This document shows positions 18,969-30,422 of a stretch of 64,000 bases of DNA, piece by piece; positions within the stretch are counted from its first letter, which is position 1; each line of letters opens with the position of its first letter. Source of the DNA: an uncultured delta proteobacterium (GTDB lineage Bacteria; Myxococcota_A; Polyangia; Fen-1088); the NCBI GenBank assembly GCA_963796685.1, contig CAWCMR010000025.1:1152001-1216000 (forward strand), in the 5' to 3' direction. The notes under the pieces are model-generated. The model ran no database searches. It was not told where the DNA came from and worked only from the letters and a program-made list of their open reading frames with translations. A program made the position numbers and the translations under genes.

Positions 18969-20030
18969 ATGAACGCGCTCAAAACCCTCCGTTCACTGGC
19001 GATTGGGATTGTGCTTGTCTCCATGACCGTTGCGGGCAAGGCTTCGGCCGGCAGGAACGACCTCAAGCTGCTGAACTTGTGCCCGCAGGCTTCCTCGACG
19101 CTCGGCACCCAGGAGTGCCGCTGGGTCCAGCGCGACGCCAACGGCCGCGTCACGGGCGTCAATATCGACAGCGAGGGGAGAAGCAACTTCCGCAGCTTGA
19201 TGTCCGAGCTGGGTGTGGTGATGGCGCCGCGGATCCCCATGCCCGCGGACACCATCGGTTTTGCCGGTTTTCAGGTCAGCGGCGAGCTGAGCGTCACCCA
19301 AATCGCAAACAACAGGAGCTACTGGAACGGCGTCGAAGCCGTGTCGCCGCAATCGCCCGATGCCGCCCGACCCGACAGCACGCTGTCCACCGTGGGCGTC
19401 TTCCTGCGCAAGGGGATCTGGTTCCCGGCACCATCGTTCGAGCTGGGCGGAGGCGTGGTCAATCTCCTCGATTCGCAGATGCTGTCTTGGCAGGGTTACG
19501 CCAAGTTTGCTCTGAACGAAGGTTTCCATGACCTGCCCTTCCCGTCCTTGGCGGTTCGCGCGGCCATCTCCCATCTGACCGGGACCGACCAGGTCGACCT
19601 CACGACCACCAGCCTCGACGTGCTGGTCTCCAAGGGTTTCGGCGTGCTCAAGACCCTGCGCATCGAGCCCTTTGGCGGCTGGAGCTTGCTCATGATCAAG
19701 GCCAGCAGCAAGTGCATCGACTTCGCCCCGATATATGATGCCAGCGTAGTGGCCCAGGCGGCCCCTGGCCAGGCCATCGCTGGCAATTGCGCTGCCACCC
19801 AAGGGGGAACCACGAGCTACCTCCTGGCCGACGCGGCCTTTCCAAGCCAGGACCTCATCACACGCTACCGCGTGTTCGGCGGGGCCAAGCTCAAGTTCGG
19901 AATCCTGGCCGTGATCGCCCAGTACGAGCTCTACTTGGTGGGGCACAGCCGCGACGAGAACGTCATCTCGGCCGTCGATCAAAGCAGCCAGCAGAGCTCG
20001 TTCTCGCTCAGCACCGGCCTCGAGTTCTAG
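18969..20030 (+). CDS. secreted hypothetical protein, probable outer-membrane beta-barrel
   Basis: Signal peptide, alternating beta-strand pattern and C-terminal Phe (STGLEF). Confidence 0.6.
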   Translation: MNALKTLRSLAIGIVLVSMTVAGKASAGRNDLKLLNLCPQASSTLGTQECRWVQRDANGRVTGVNIDSEGRSNFRSLMSELGVVMAPRIPMPADTIGFAGFQVSGELSVTQIANNRSYWNGVEAVSPQSPDAARPDSTLSTVGVFLRKGIWFPAPSFELGGGVVNLLDSQMLSWQGYAKFALNEGFHDLPFPSLAVRAAISHLTGTDQVDLTTTSLDVLVSKGFGVLKTLRIEPFGGWSLLMIKASSKCIDFAPIYDASVVAQAAPGQAIAGNCAATQGGTTSYLLADAAFPSQDLITRYRVFGGAKLKFGILAVIAQYELYLVGHSRDENVISAVDQSSQQSSFSLSTGLEF

Positions 20031-20045
20031 ACGGCACGCTAGATC

Positions 20046-20250
20046 CTCGCCTCTCCCCGACGGGGAAAGGCCGACGACGTCTGCGTCGGCGGGTGAGGGG
20101 GCACTCGCGAAAAGGCGACTTCTTCCGCCCCTCACCAGCCGCGCTTCGCGCGGCGCCCTCTCAGCCCTGCGGGCACTTCGGGTCCTGCACGCCCTACCCC
20201 TGCCCCCGCGGCTTCGCCGCGCCCTCGCCCGCTGCGCGGGGCGAGGGGAT
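20046..20250. repeat. cluster of REP-like palindromes between convergent genes
   Basis: CTCTCCCCGACGGGGAAAGG...GGGTGAGGGG; CCCTCACC...; CCCTCGCCCGCTGCGCGGGGCGAGGGG. Confidence 0.7.
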
Positions 20251-20346
20251 GTGGCCGCTGCGCGGCCTCCGGAAAGCAAATTCCGGTTTCAGGTGCGAGA
20301 TTCTCAACACTCGCCGGCTCCCCACGCGGCTGTCGCGAACGAAGGC

Positions 20347-20601
20347 CTAGTGGGCCGGCAATCCGCTGCGGATGATGCGGCGAAGACCCTCGACCGGCAA
20401 CCTTGGACCCCGTTTCTCCTCTTCGAAGATGATCTGGGCCATGGTGGCGGCGGTGAGATCCTGCTGCGTCGTCTTATCGATGACTCGGATTTCGTCGCCA
20501 TTGCGAATCAAACCAGCAATTTGCTGGAGAGTCACATAGTGCGAATCCTGGGTGTCGTAGAGCTTCCGGTTCGAGTAGCGCTTGATCGTGCGTGTCGTCA
20601 T
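20347..20601 (-). CDS. PHA synthesis regulator (PhaR-like) DNA-binding domain protein
   Basis: IKRYSNRKLYDTQDSHYVTL...DLTAATMAQII. Confidence 0.88.
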   Translation of the reverse strand: MTTRTIKRYSNRKLYDTQDSHYVTLQQIAGLIRNGDEIRVIDKTTQQDLTAATMAQIIFEEEKRGPRLPVEGLRRIIRSGLPAH

Positions 20602-20745
20602 GCCGCTATCATGCATCGTCACCTGGACGCGTCAAGGGCGATCTTGTACGAACGCGCAAACACAGATGTTTTTCGTCCTTTTTGTGGTGCACGCTCAAGG
20701 CAGATCGCTCATCGCCGAGCGGCACGCGAAGAGCGACCGGAAACG

Positions 20746-20976
20746 CTACGAGGCCTTGTCGGCCGGCTTGGCGGGCTCCGGCTTCTGGGCCTGGGCCTCC
20801 CCGTCGATCTCGGGCTTCTTGGGCGACACCTCGATCTCGTTCGAGCTGTTCACGGCGCGCTTGAAGTTCTTGATGGCGCGCCCCAGCCCGTCGCCCAGCT
20901 GGGGCAGCTTGCTGGCGCCGAATACGACCATGACCACGAGAAAGATGAGGATGATTTCGCCAGTGCCGAGTCCCAT
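20746..20976 (-). CDS. tatA: twin-arginine translocase TatA/E subunit
   Basis: MGLGTGEIILIFLVVMVVFGASKLPQLGDGLGRAIKNFK. Confidence 0.93.
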   Translation of the reverse strand: MGLGTGEIILIFLVVMVVFGASKLPQLGDGLGRAIKNFKRAVNSSNEIEVSPKKPEIDGEAQAQKPEPAKPADKAS

Positions 20977-21119
20977 TTGGATTGCCTCAGCTAAGTCTAT
21001 AGCACCCGCGAAGTGCATGGGCAAACCCGCCCACTCCAAAGCCTCCCGGTGCCCGTGTGACTTCACGAGACTTCACGGTTTCTTGGTGACCACCGCCTCT
21101 TCCGCTACGATCCCATCCC

Positions 21120-23252
<2,133 letters not shown>

Positions 23253-23293
23253 CAAGCGGTGCCAAGCGGACCAAGCGGACCAAGCGGACAACG

Positions 23294-24277
23294 ATGAGCC
23301 CGGACGAGAACGTGGACGGCGGCGCCACCAGGATGGTGGTGGAAGCGGACGAAGTCGGCGCGCGCCTCGACGGCTTCTTGGCCCGCCGGCAGGCCGTACC
23401 CAGCACGTCGGCCGCCAGGCGCGCGCTGGCCTCGGGCATCGTGCGGGTCAACGGTCATGCCGCCAAGAAGGGCACGCACCTGCAGGTCGGCGATGTCGTC
23501 GAGCTGAGCGAGGGACCGAACCAAGGCGTCGTGCTGGTACCGACCCCCGATGTGGAGCTGACCGTGCTCTACCAGGACGATGACCTGGTGGCGGTCGACA
23601 AGCCCGCGGGCATCCCCTCGCACCCGTTGCACGCGGGCGAGGGTGCCACGGTGGCCGGCGCCCTGGTGGCTCGCTTTCCCGAGTGCGCCGCCGCCTCGCC
23701 CGACGCGCGCGAGGGCGGTCTTGGTCACCGCCTGGATGTGGGGACCTCGGGCGTGCTCCTGACTGCGCGCAACCGCGAGGCCTGGTATCGCCTGCGCGAG
23801 TCCCTGGCCGCCGCGGCCTGCGAGAAGATCTATCTCGCCGAGGTTCGCGGCGAATTTCCGACTGCCGAGGTGCGCGACTTCGTCCTTCCCGGTCCGCGCC
23901 CCTCGAGCCTGGTGGTCACGGCGCCCATTGGACGCCAAGGCCGGCGGGGCAACAAGGTGCGGCTTGCAGCGGGTCGGCAGCCGCTCGCTGCGCGCACCGA
24001 AGTCACGCTGCTCGAATCCCGCGCCGGCACCGCGCTGGTCGAGGCCCGCCTCGCGCGCGGCAGGGCCCACCAGGTGCGCGCCCATCTCGCCTTTCTCGGC
24101 ATTCCCGTGGTCGGCGACGCCACCTATGGCCAGGTCGACGAAGGCGCCAATCCAGGGCTGCATCTCCATGCCTGGGCGGTTTCCATCGTGCACCCAACCA
24201 CCGGGACCCCCCTGCACATCGAAGCCGCGCTTCCCGCCTGGGCGCGCCGCCGGAGCCAGCGCGAAACGCGACCCTAG
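23294..24277 (+). CDS. RluA/RluD-family pseudouridine synthase
   Basis: S4-like RLDGFL; VDKPAG; HRLDVGTSG; GRAHQVRAH; GDATYG; LHA. Confidence 0.92.
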   Translation: MSPDENVDGGATRMVVEADEVGARLDGFLARRQAVPSTSAARRALASGIVRVNGHAAKKGTHLQVGDVVELSEGPNQGVVLVPTPDVELTVLYQDDDLVAVDKPAGIPSHPLHAGEGATVAGALVARFPECAAASPDAREGGLGHRLDVGTSGVLLTARNREAWYRLRESLAAAACEKIYLAEVRGEFPTAEVRDFVLPGPRPSSLVVTAPIGRQGRRGNKVRLAAGRQPLAARTEVTLLESRAGTALVEARLARGRAHQVRAHLAFLGIPVVGDATYGQVDEGANPGLHLHAWAVSIVHPTTGTPLHIEAALPAWARRRSQRETRP

Positions 24278-24408
24278 CGATGTGTCTGACGCCTCCGGGC
24301 GTTTCCTTCTCCGCGCAACGGCTGCATACTGGGCACACAAGCTGGATGGAAAGCACGAGCTGCTGACATCCTGAGCTCGCGCTCCGGAACAGGTTAGTGA
24401 GGGAATCA

Positions 24409-25752
24409 ATGAGGTATGCGAATACGATCCTGCCCGTGGGAACCTTGGCAATCTGGCTCGGCTGCTCGAGCGCGAACAAGGGACCGAGTGATGCTGCGCC
24501 GGGAGTGGACGCCAGCGGAGGGGTGCTGGGGGTGGGCGGCTCGATGGGAACGGGTGGTGTCCAAGGGACAGGCAGCGTTTCCGACGGCGGCCCCACGGGG
24601 AGCGGCGGAATCCAAGGCACCGGCGGTGCGCCCAAGGGGGGATCGACCGGGACCGGCGGGATCCAAGGCACCGGCGGTGCGCCCAAGGGGGGATCGACCG
24701 GGACCGGCGGTCTGCCAGGAACCGGCGGTCTGCCAGGGACCGGCGGTCTGCCAGGAACCGGCGGTCTGCCAGGAACCGGCGGTCTGCCAGGGACCGGCGG
24801 TCTGCCAGGGACCGGCGGCGCTACCACTGTGGGAGCACCACCCACCGTCGGCAGTTGCCAGATCTTCCCAGCGGATGACGCGTGGAACACCGACGTGTCC
24901 GGCTATCCCCTGAACGCGAACAGTGCCACGTATCTTGCGAACATGTCGGCGAGCACCGCTTTTCATCCCGACTGGGGCACGATGTCCGATGGCTACGGCA
25001 TTCCCTACTCGTCCGGGACCGGGGCGACTCCCCAGCCGCTAACCTGGACTGCATCCTGGGGAGATACCGAGAGTGACGTTTTGCCCTGCCCGTCGGGGAG
25101 CGGCCAGTTCTGCTACCCCATCCCGCATTCCGCGCCCATCGAAGGCGGGCCGAGTGCCGCCGCAGATGCCGACCGTCACCTTCTCTACGTGGACACCAGC
25201 GGTGCACCGGACAACTGCACCCTCTACGAGCTCTACAACGCCCAGAACCCGACCGGCAGCTCCGGGTGGACAGCGGCCAACGGCGCCATCTTCCACCTGG
25301 GATCGAATACCCTTCGTACCGCCGGTTGGACGTCGACCGATGCAGCCGGCTTACCCGTTCTTGCCGGGCTCGTGCGTTTCGACGAGGTGATGGCGGGTGA
25401 GATCCGGCACGCCATTCGGTTCACCATCGTCCACTCCTCGCAGGGCTACATTCACCCCGCCACCCATGCGGCGGGGAGCTCCAACACATCGTTGCCTCCG
25501 ATGGGACTGCGCCTCCGTCTGAAAGCCTCGTTCGATACGAGCAAGGTTACCGGCCCGACGCTGGTCATCCTCACCGCGTTCAAGAGATACGGCATCATCC
25601 TGGCCGACAACGGCAGCAACTGGTACATCACCGGCGAGTCGAACGAAGGGTGGGCACCTTACATGGACGATCTCGTTTCAGGTCTACGAGGTGTCCACGG
25701 CAGCGATTTCGAGGTCGTGGACACGGGCCCCGTGTCCACGGATGGACTGTAG
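24409..25752 (+). CDS. lipoprotein with Gly/Thr repeat linker and a globular domain of unknown function
   Basis: Lipobox WLGC; GTGG repeats; C-terminal DRH...LYEL...AAGLP...YGIILADNG domain. Confidence 0.75.
   Translation: MRYANTILPVGTLAIWLGCSSANKGPSDAAPGVDASGGVLGVGGSMGTGGVQGTGSVSDGGPTGSGGIQGTGGAPKGGSTGTGGIQGTGGAPKGGSTGTGGLPGTGGLPGTGGLPGTGGLPGTGGLPGTGGLPGTGGATTVGAPPTVGSCQIFPADDAWNTDVSGYPLNANSATYLANMSASTAFHPDWGTMSDGYGIPYSSGTGATPQPLTWTASWGDTESDVLPCPSGSGQFCYPIPHSAPIEGGPSAAADADRHLLYVDTSGAPDNCTLYELYNAQNPTGSSGWTAANGAIFHLGSNTLRTAGWTSTDAAGLPVLAGLVRFDEVMAGEIRHAIRFTIVHSSQGYIHPATHAAGSSNTSLPPMGLRLRLKASFDTSKVTGPTLVILTAFKRYGIILADNGSNWYITGESNEGWAPYMDDLVSGLRGVHGSDFEVVDTGPVSTDGL
24604..24819. repeat. nested in-frame repeats: 51-bp x2 and 18-bp (GTGGLP) x6
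   Basis: ACCGGCGGTCTGCCAGG(A/G) tandem units. Confidence 0.9.
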
Positions 25753-25824
25753 CGGTCCGCGTGGTTCCTCGCTCGCGCCACGCTCTATCTCCCCTGAATC
25801 GGAAGGACTAGCGAGCCCCCTCGC

Positions 25825-26949
25825 CTACCATGTGACCCTCTGCCTGCCCGCGACGAATCGCCACAACCCGACCACGGCGGCGGCGTTGAGCACTACGAAC
25901 GTTCGCGCCAAAGTCCCCGCGCGGCCGGCACGGCCTCCCAGCGCTGCCAACGCGTAGAACGCGATTTGGCCCACCAGAAGCCCGCACAGAACATTCCTTT
26001 CCGCGCCTTGCGTCCCCAACCCCGCAGCAGCCATGGAGCACGTGAGCAACAACGTCAGAAGAAACCAGGGACAGAACAGCCGCGCGACCTTGTGAGAGAT
26101 CGTCTCGAACCATGACGGATTCGCGAACGGCAGCAACAGACGCGGCATACGCGAGAAGAGCTGGTAGTTGCCAGCAAGCGTCCTGACCTTCCGGCCGAAC
26201 TCGCGCTCGTCGGAGAAGGCTTCATCGTGAGCGACCGCATCCTCGGCGAAAAGAACACGCGCCCTACGGAGACGCAGCGTCATCGGAATCCATACATCGT
26301 CAAGAATCAGATCGAAGGGCAACGACCCCAGGTCGTTCCTGCGCAGAGCAGACAGAGCTCCGGTCATTCCTACCACGCTACCAAGCCGAGACTCTTGTCT
26401 GCGGATCCACTTCTCGTAGCGCCAGTAGGCGCCGCCACCTGTACTACCTTCGAGCACGAGGTTGCCTGTCACGCAACCGACCTGAGGAGCCGCGAGAAGC
26501 CCCAGCAGCGCGCGCACCGCACCTGGTTCTAGGGATTGACGTACATCGGTGAGTATCAGGACCTCGCCCGTGGCCCGCTCTCGCATACGATTGAGCGCCG
26601 TGGGCTTGCCCATGCGAGTATCTCCCCGAACGAGCTGCACACGCGGATTCCTCAGCGCCCAATCCGAGACGATCGCGTCGGTGCCGTCACTGCTAGCGTC
26701 GGAGTAGACGAGGATATCCATCTTTCCGGCCGGATAGTCCAGGGCCAGGAGGCTGCGTAACTTGGCATCAATGTATGCCTGGCAGTTATGGGCGGCCATG
26801 CAGACACTGACCGTCGGCTCCCAGCCGGCGTTCGGGCGTGGTTGCCAAGGCCACAAACGGGCAAGCAGCGCGAGCAGCAGCGGGTAGCCGAAGTACGTGT
26901 AGGTCAGGCAGACCAGAGCTACTACGGCCGCGAGGAAGGTGGGGCTCAG
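25825..26949 (-). CDS. GT2 membrane glycosyltransferase
   Basis: YTYFGYP, SDASSDGT, GKPTALN, YWRYE and ILDDV motifs; start probably CTG overlapping the upstream TGA. Confidence 0.88.
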   Translation of the reverse strand: MSPTFLAAVVALVCLTYTYFGYPLLLALLARLWPWQPRPNAGWEPTVSVCMAAHNCQAYIDAKLRSLLALDYPAGKMDILVYSDASSDGTDAIVSDWALRNPRVQLVRGDTRMGKPTALNRMRERATGEVLILTDVRQSLEPGAVRALLGLLAAPQVGCVTGNLVLEGSTGGGAYWRYEKWIRRQESRLGSVVGMTGALSALRRNDLGSLPFDLILDDVWIPMTLRLRRARVLFAEDAVAHDEAFSDEREFGRKVRTLAGNYQLFSRMPRLLLPFANPSWFETISHKVARLFCPWFLLTLLLTCSMAAAGLGTQGAERNVLCGLLVGQIAFYALAALGGRAGRAGTLARTFVVLNAAAVVGLWRFVAGRQRVTW

Positions 26950-27674
26950 CGTCCCGTCCTCTTGAGCACGGCCAGCGGGGTTTGCACGAGAATCCAGATC
27001 TCCATTCGGAGGAAGGAAGGGAAGTCCTCGACAGCGGCACCATAGGCGAAGTCGTAGAGCGCCTTGATGCGCATGTCGTCCGCCAGGGCGCCCTCGGCGC
27101 CGTCGACCTTGAACGGGTTGGTCAATGAGCCGACCATGGATTCTATCTTGCTGCCGGGAAGGGGGCCTCCCGTGTAGCTCAGCGATACCTGCGCCAAGCC
27201 GGTTAGCCCAGGCTTGACGCCGCGCATTCTCTCCTCGAAGAAGGGAATGGCCAACGCCAAGTTCGAGATAAGCTCTGGTCGCTCCGGCCGCGGGCCCACG
27301 AGGCTCATGTCTCCGCGCAGCACGTTCCAAAGCTGCGGAAGCTCGTCGAGGCGAGTGCGGCGAAGAAAACGCCCCACGCGAGTAACGCGATCATCATCTT
27401 TAGCGGCGACAACCGCTCCGGTGGTGGCTTCGGCGTTGGGCCGCATCGTGCGGAACTTGAGGATGTCGAACTCTTCGAATCGGTAACGAAGGTTCGCGCC
27501 TGGGTCGCGACCTAGCAAACGGCCGGCACGGCGCTGCCTGAATAGCACGGGCCCGGGAGAGTTGAGGTAGATTGCCGCGCCGATGATCGGGTATAATGGG
27601 GCGGTCAAGGCTAGCCCAACACCCGCAGCAAAGACATCGAATGCCCGTTTAGCTATACGAACCGAGGTTCTCAC
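26946..27674 (-). CDS. priming sugar-phosphate transferase (WcaJ/EpsZ-like catalytic domain)
   Basis: [33 protein letters not shown] and [10 protein letters not shown] motifs. Confidence 0.93.
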   Translation of the reverse strand: MRTSVRIAKRAFDVFAAGVGLALTAPLYPIIGAAIYLNSPGPVLFRQRRAGRLLGRDPGANLRYRFEEFDILKFRTMRPNAEATTGAVVAAKDDDRVTRVGRFLRRTRLDELPQLWNVLRGDMSLVGPRPERPELISNLALAIPFFEERMRGVKPGLTGLAQVSLSYTGGPLPGSKIESMVGSLTNPFKVDGAEGALADDMRIKALYDFAYGAAVEDFPSFLRMEIWILVQTPLAVLKRTGR

Positions 27675-27719
27675 AGCCGCGCCGCCTCAGGGCAAAGACG
27701 CCCCAGGATTCTTGAAGCG

Positions 27720-28223
27720 ATGATTAAATTTACGCGTGCCAACGGCTGCAACGTCATCTGTCTCGAGGTACCTGGGATCATCGAGTGCAGGGATATGACA
27801 CTTCGCACCGTTGCGGCCGCCTGCAAACTAGTCATGCCAGACTCCCGCGTGCGGGAGGTGCATCACGCTGAGCTCATCACGCATATTGTGTCCGCCGTGG
27901 GTGAAGCATACAACAACATCGTCCTGCACGGATACGCCGGGCGCGAGCCAGGCACGGTCCACATGCGGATCGAGAACTGTTGTGAATGGATGCGGGTCAT
28001 GATGAAGGACACTGGGATAAGCTTCGACCCGCGCCAAGTGCTCCCTCCTGATTTGGAGGCTCTTCCCGAGTCGGGTATGGGGATCTTTATCATGCGATCG
28101 TTTGTCGACGAAATTACCTATGAGGCGGGTCCCCCCAACACTCTGATGCTCTTCAAACGTCTTGACGGAGACAAGGAGAGCGGTATCACTAGGCTCCGCG
28201 TGCCCGTTCCAAGTCGGGGCTAG
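27720..28223 (+). CDS. RsbW/SpoIIAB-like anti-sigma factor kinase
   Basis: AVGEAYNNIVLHGY, DTGISFDP and ESGMGIFIM motifs. Confidence 0.88.
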   Translation: MIKFTRANGCNVICLEVPGIIECRDMTLRTVAAACKLVMPDSRVREVHHAELITHIVSAVGEAYNNIVLHGYAGREPGTVHMRIENCCEWMRVMMKDTGISFDPRQVLPPDLEALPESGMGIFIMRSFVDEITYEAGPPNTLMLFKRLDGDKESGITRLRVPVPSRG

Positions 28224-28258
28224 CGGGTCTTGATCAACCATTACTACTGACATAGCGT

Positions 28259-28567
28259 ATGACATTCAAACTCAGCACAGAGTCTGGCGTCTCCACCCTT
28301 CGTATCGAAGGCGAGCTGGATGCAAACTCGGTCGTCGAGCTCAGGCCGATCATAAGCAAGATCGGCGAAGAACGCCCTTCCCAAGTGCTCGTCGATCTTG
28401 CGGCCCTTCGCTTGATCGACAGCTCGGGCGTGGGTGCCATCGTCGCTTTGTTCAAAGTGGTCCGCGCCTATGGAGGCACCCTGGACGTCGTAGGTGTTCG
28501 CGATCAGCCTCTGGCCATACTTCGCCTTCTACACCTCGACCGTGTCCTGGTCCGTAAGGTGGCGTAA
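28259..28567 (+). CDS. STAS anti-anti-sigma factor
   Basis: GELDA...VDL..LRLIDSSGVGAIV (phospho-acceptor Ser). Confidence 0.92.
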   Translation: MTFKLSTESGVSTLRIEGELDANSVVELRPIISKIGEERPSQVLVDLAALRLIDSSGVGAIVALFKVVRAYGGTLDVVGVRDQPLAILRLLHLDRVLVRKVA

Positions 28568-28777
28568 AGAACGAAGAGAGGAACTTAACGCATCGAGAGC
28601 AAGAGCGAGACTTGAAGCGGCTGAACGTCTTGTCCGCCGCATCGCATCGCGTAGCCCAGCGAAGGACTGTCGAGGTTCCCGCGGAGATTCGGCACCGCGT
28701 GCCGACGCCAGCGAATCTCTCGGGTTCCAGTATGCTGCTGCCGCATTGCCTCTTCGTGCTATCTTCGGTACCTCGCA

Positions 28778-29998
28778 ATGTTGGGACGCCATCCATGCCT
28801 ATCCTGCGCGACCTTCGTCGTCGTCGTCCTTGGAATCGGACGACCTGCTCAGGCCAATGTAGAATATGGGCTCTCGGCCACCAGCCTGACCGGGGTGAGT
28901 GACAACCCGGGGGCACAGCCGGATGGGACAGCAAGGCAGCTCGATGGGTTCGAGACCGTTCAAGGTAACGTCCATCTCTCCCTGCCTGGGGCGCGGTCAC
29001 AGAACCAGGCTAGCTACGGACTCACGGCCATGACTTGGTTCCGGGGCGCGCAAGGGTCCACGCTCGCCCACACGCTTGCTTTGTCCAGCTCGATCCAAGC
29101 AACGCCTGCGACACGAATTGCACTCGGCGCGGGAGCATCGTACGCGCAACTCTACATGCTCGATACGACGGCGTCAGCCGACCCACAAACGGCTGGCCCT
29201 CGTCCTGCGGGAAGCCAGCAATTCGTGACCATCCAAGCAAACCAAGGCCTGTCCTTGCAGCTCGGAAGCTCCTGGCAAGCGACCCAGTCGCTACTGGGAC
29301 AGATGTACCTCCCGATCCACGGCGCTGTGGCTTCGAGCACGAACAAAAATCTCGCGCTTACTGTTGACGTCGCCCACGAGTGGCAGCGTGACCAGGCCAG
29401 CCTAAATGGCCGTTTGGGTGTGATGCAATCGACCGCCCAGACAGAGCCCGAACTGACGACGACCTTGAACAGCGAGTTTGTTCAGCCCGGACTGGGTTGG
29501 ACACACGAGTGGACGCCCGAGCTCTCACACGCTCTGACCAGTGGTGTCGTCTTCATGCGGGTATTGGGCCAGACAAGCACGTCGTTCGCGGTCTCCGCAA
29601 GTGCGGCTTGGCACAGCCTTGGGCGACAGATCGCGCTACACGCCGGACAGTCCGCCGACGTTAATGTTTACGTGGGGAGCGCCTACGAACGTCGTTTCGT
29701 CACGCTGAGCCTCGGTCTGCCGGCCAACCGTTCCGAGACGCTTCAGATGTCCGCCGACGCAAACCTTGAGCACGACACGACCGCGGCGACTTCCAACGCA
29801 GGAGTAGGAAGTGCCGATGTGTTCTTCGGGCACGGGGGCCTGCACTGGAATCCAGGCGGTGCGTTCGTTTATGGGCTCGAATACATTTTCCGGGACCAGC
29901 GCGCCTCTTCCGGGGACTCTGGCCTTTCGCCTCTTGCCTCGTTTCGTTCCCAGACGGCGATGCTCACGATCGCGGCGCACTATCCTAGCAGATCCTAG
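28778..29998 (+). CDS. probable outer-membrane beta-barrel for polysaccharide export (EpsX/WzpB-like)
   Basis: Signal-like N-terminus, SDN motif, about 400 aa of amphipathic strands, terminal aromatic residue; EPS locus context; start uncertain. Confidence 0.6.
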   Translation: MLGRHPCLSCATFVVVVLGIGRPAQANVEYGLSATSLTGVSDNPGAQPDGTARQLDGFETVQGNVHLSLPGARSQNQASYGLTAMTWFRGAQGSTLAHTLALSSSIQATPATRIALGAGASYAQLYMLDTTASADPQTAGPRPAGSQQFVTIQANQGLSLQLGSSWQATQSLLGQMYLPIHGAVASSTNKNLALTVDVAHEWQRDQASLNGRLGVMQSTAQTEPELTTTLNSEFVQPGLGWTHEWTPELSHALTSGVVFMRVLGQTSTSFAVSASAAWHSLGRQIALHAGQSADVNVYVGSAYERRFVTLSLGLPANRSETLQMSADANLEHDTTAATSNAGVGSADVFFGHGGLHWNPGGAFVYGLEYIFRDQRASSGDSGLSPLASFRSQTAMLTIAAHYPSRS

Positions 29999-30422
29999 CA
30001 GCCTCTAGCGGCTGGTCGATCTATCGCCAGGGCATCTGAACCGGCCCAGAAATGCCGTCGCCGACGCCGCTGTGACCGTGATTCGCCAGGTCAGTGGGCG
30101 CAGCATAGCCGGGACACTTGGAGCCCACCTCGGAGAAAACGTCCAGCAGGAGAGCCCTACCCGAGGCGTCTTGCTGGAGCGGTGCTACGTCGCAACCCTC
30201 AAGAACCAAGACGGCTTCTGACACATGCGCCCCTTATGAAACCAGTGTCGTTGCAACCACGCCCGCCTAACGATCCGAGTCGTCCCGAGCCTCCGAACCT
30301 GGTTTGCGATTCGGTCACGCAGACTGCCGCGCCGCGATGCACAGCCCAGCACCCCAACAGCCCAGCGCCGCCCTTGTCTAACTGCAGCGCTCTGCATAGA
30401 CTCCGCACCAGGCGTAACGAAA

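Noticed and set aside
30000-30420. Short ORFs between the barrel and EEP genes
   Set aside because: No motifs or consistent codon pattern.
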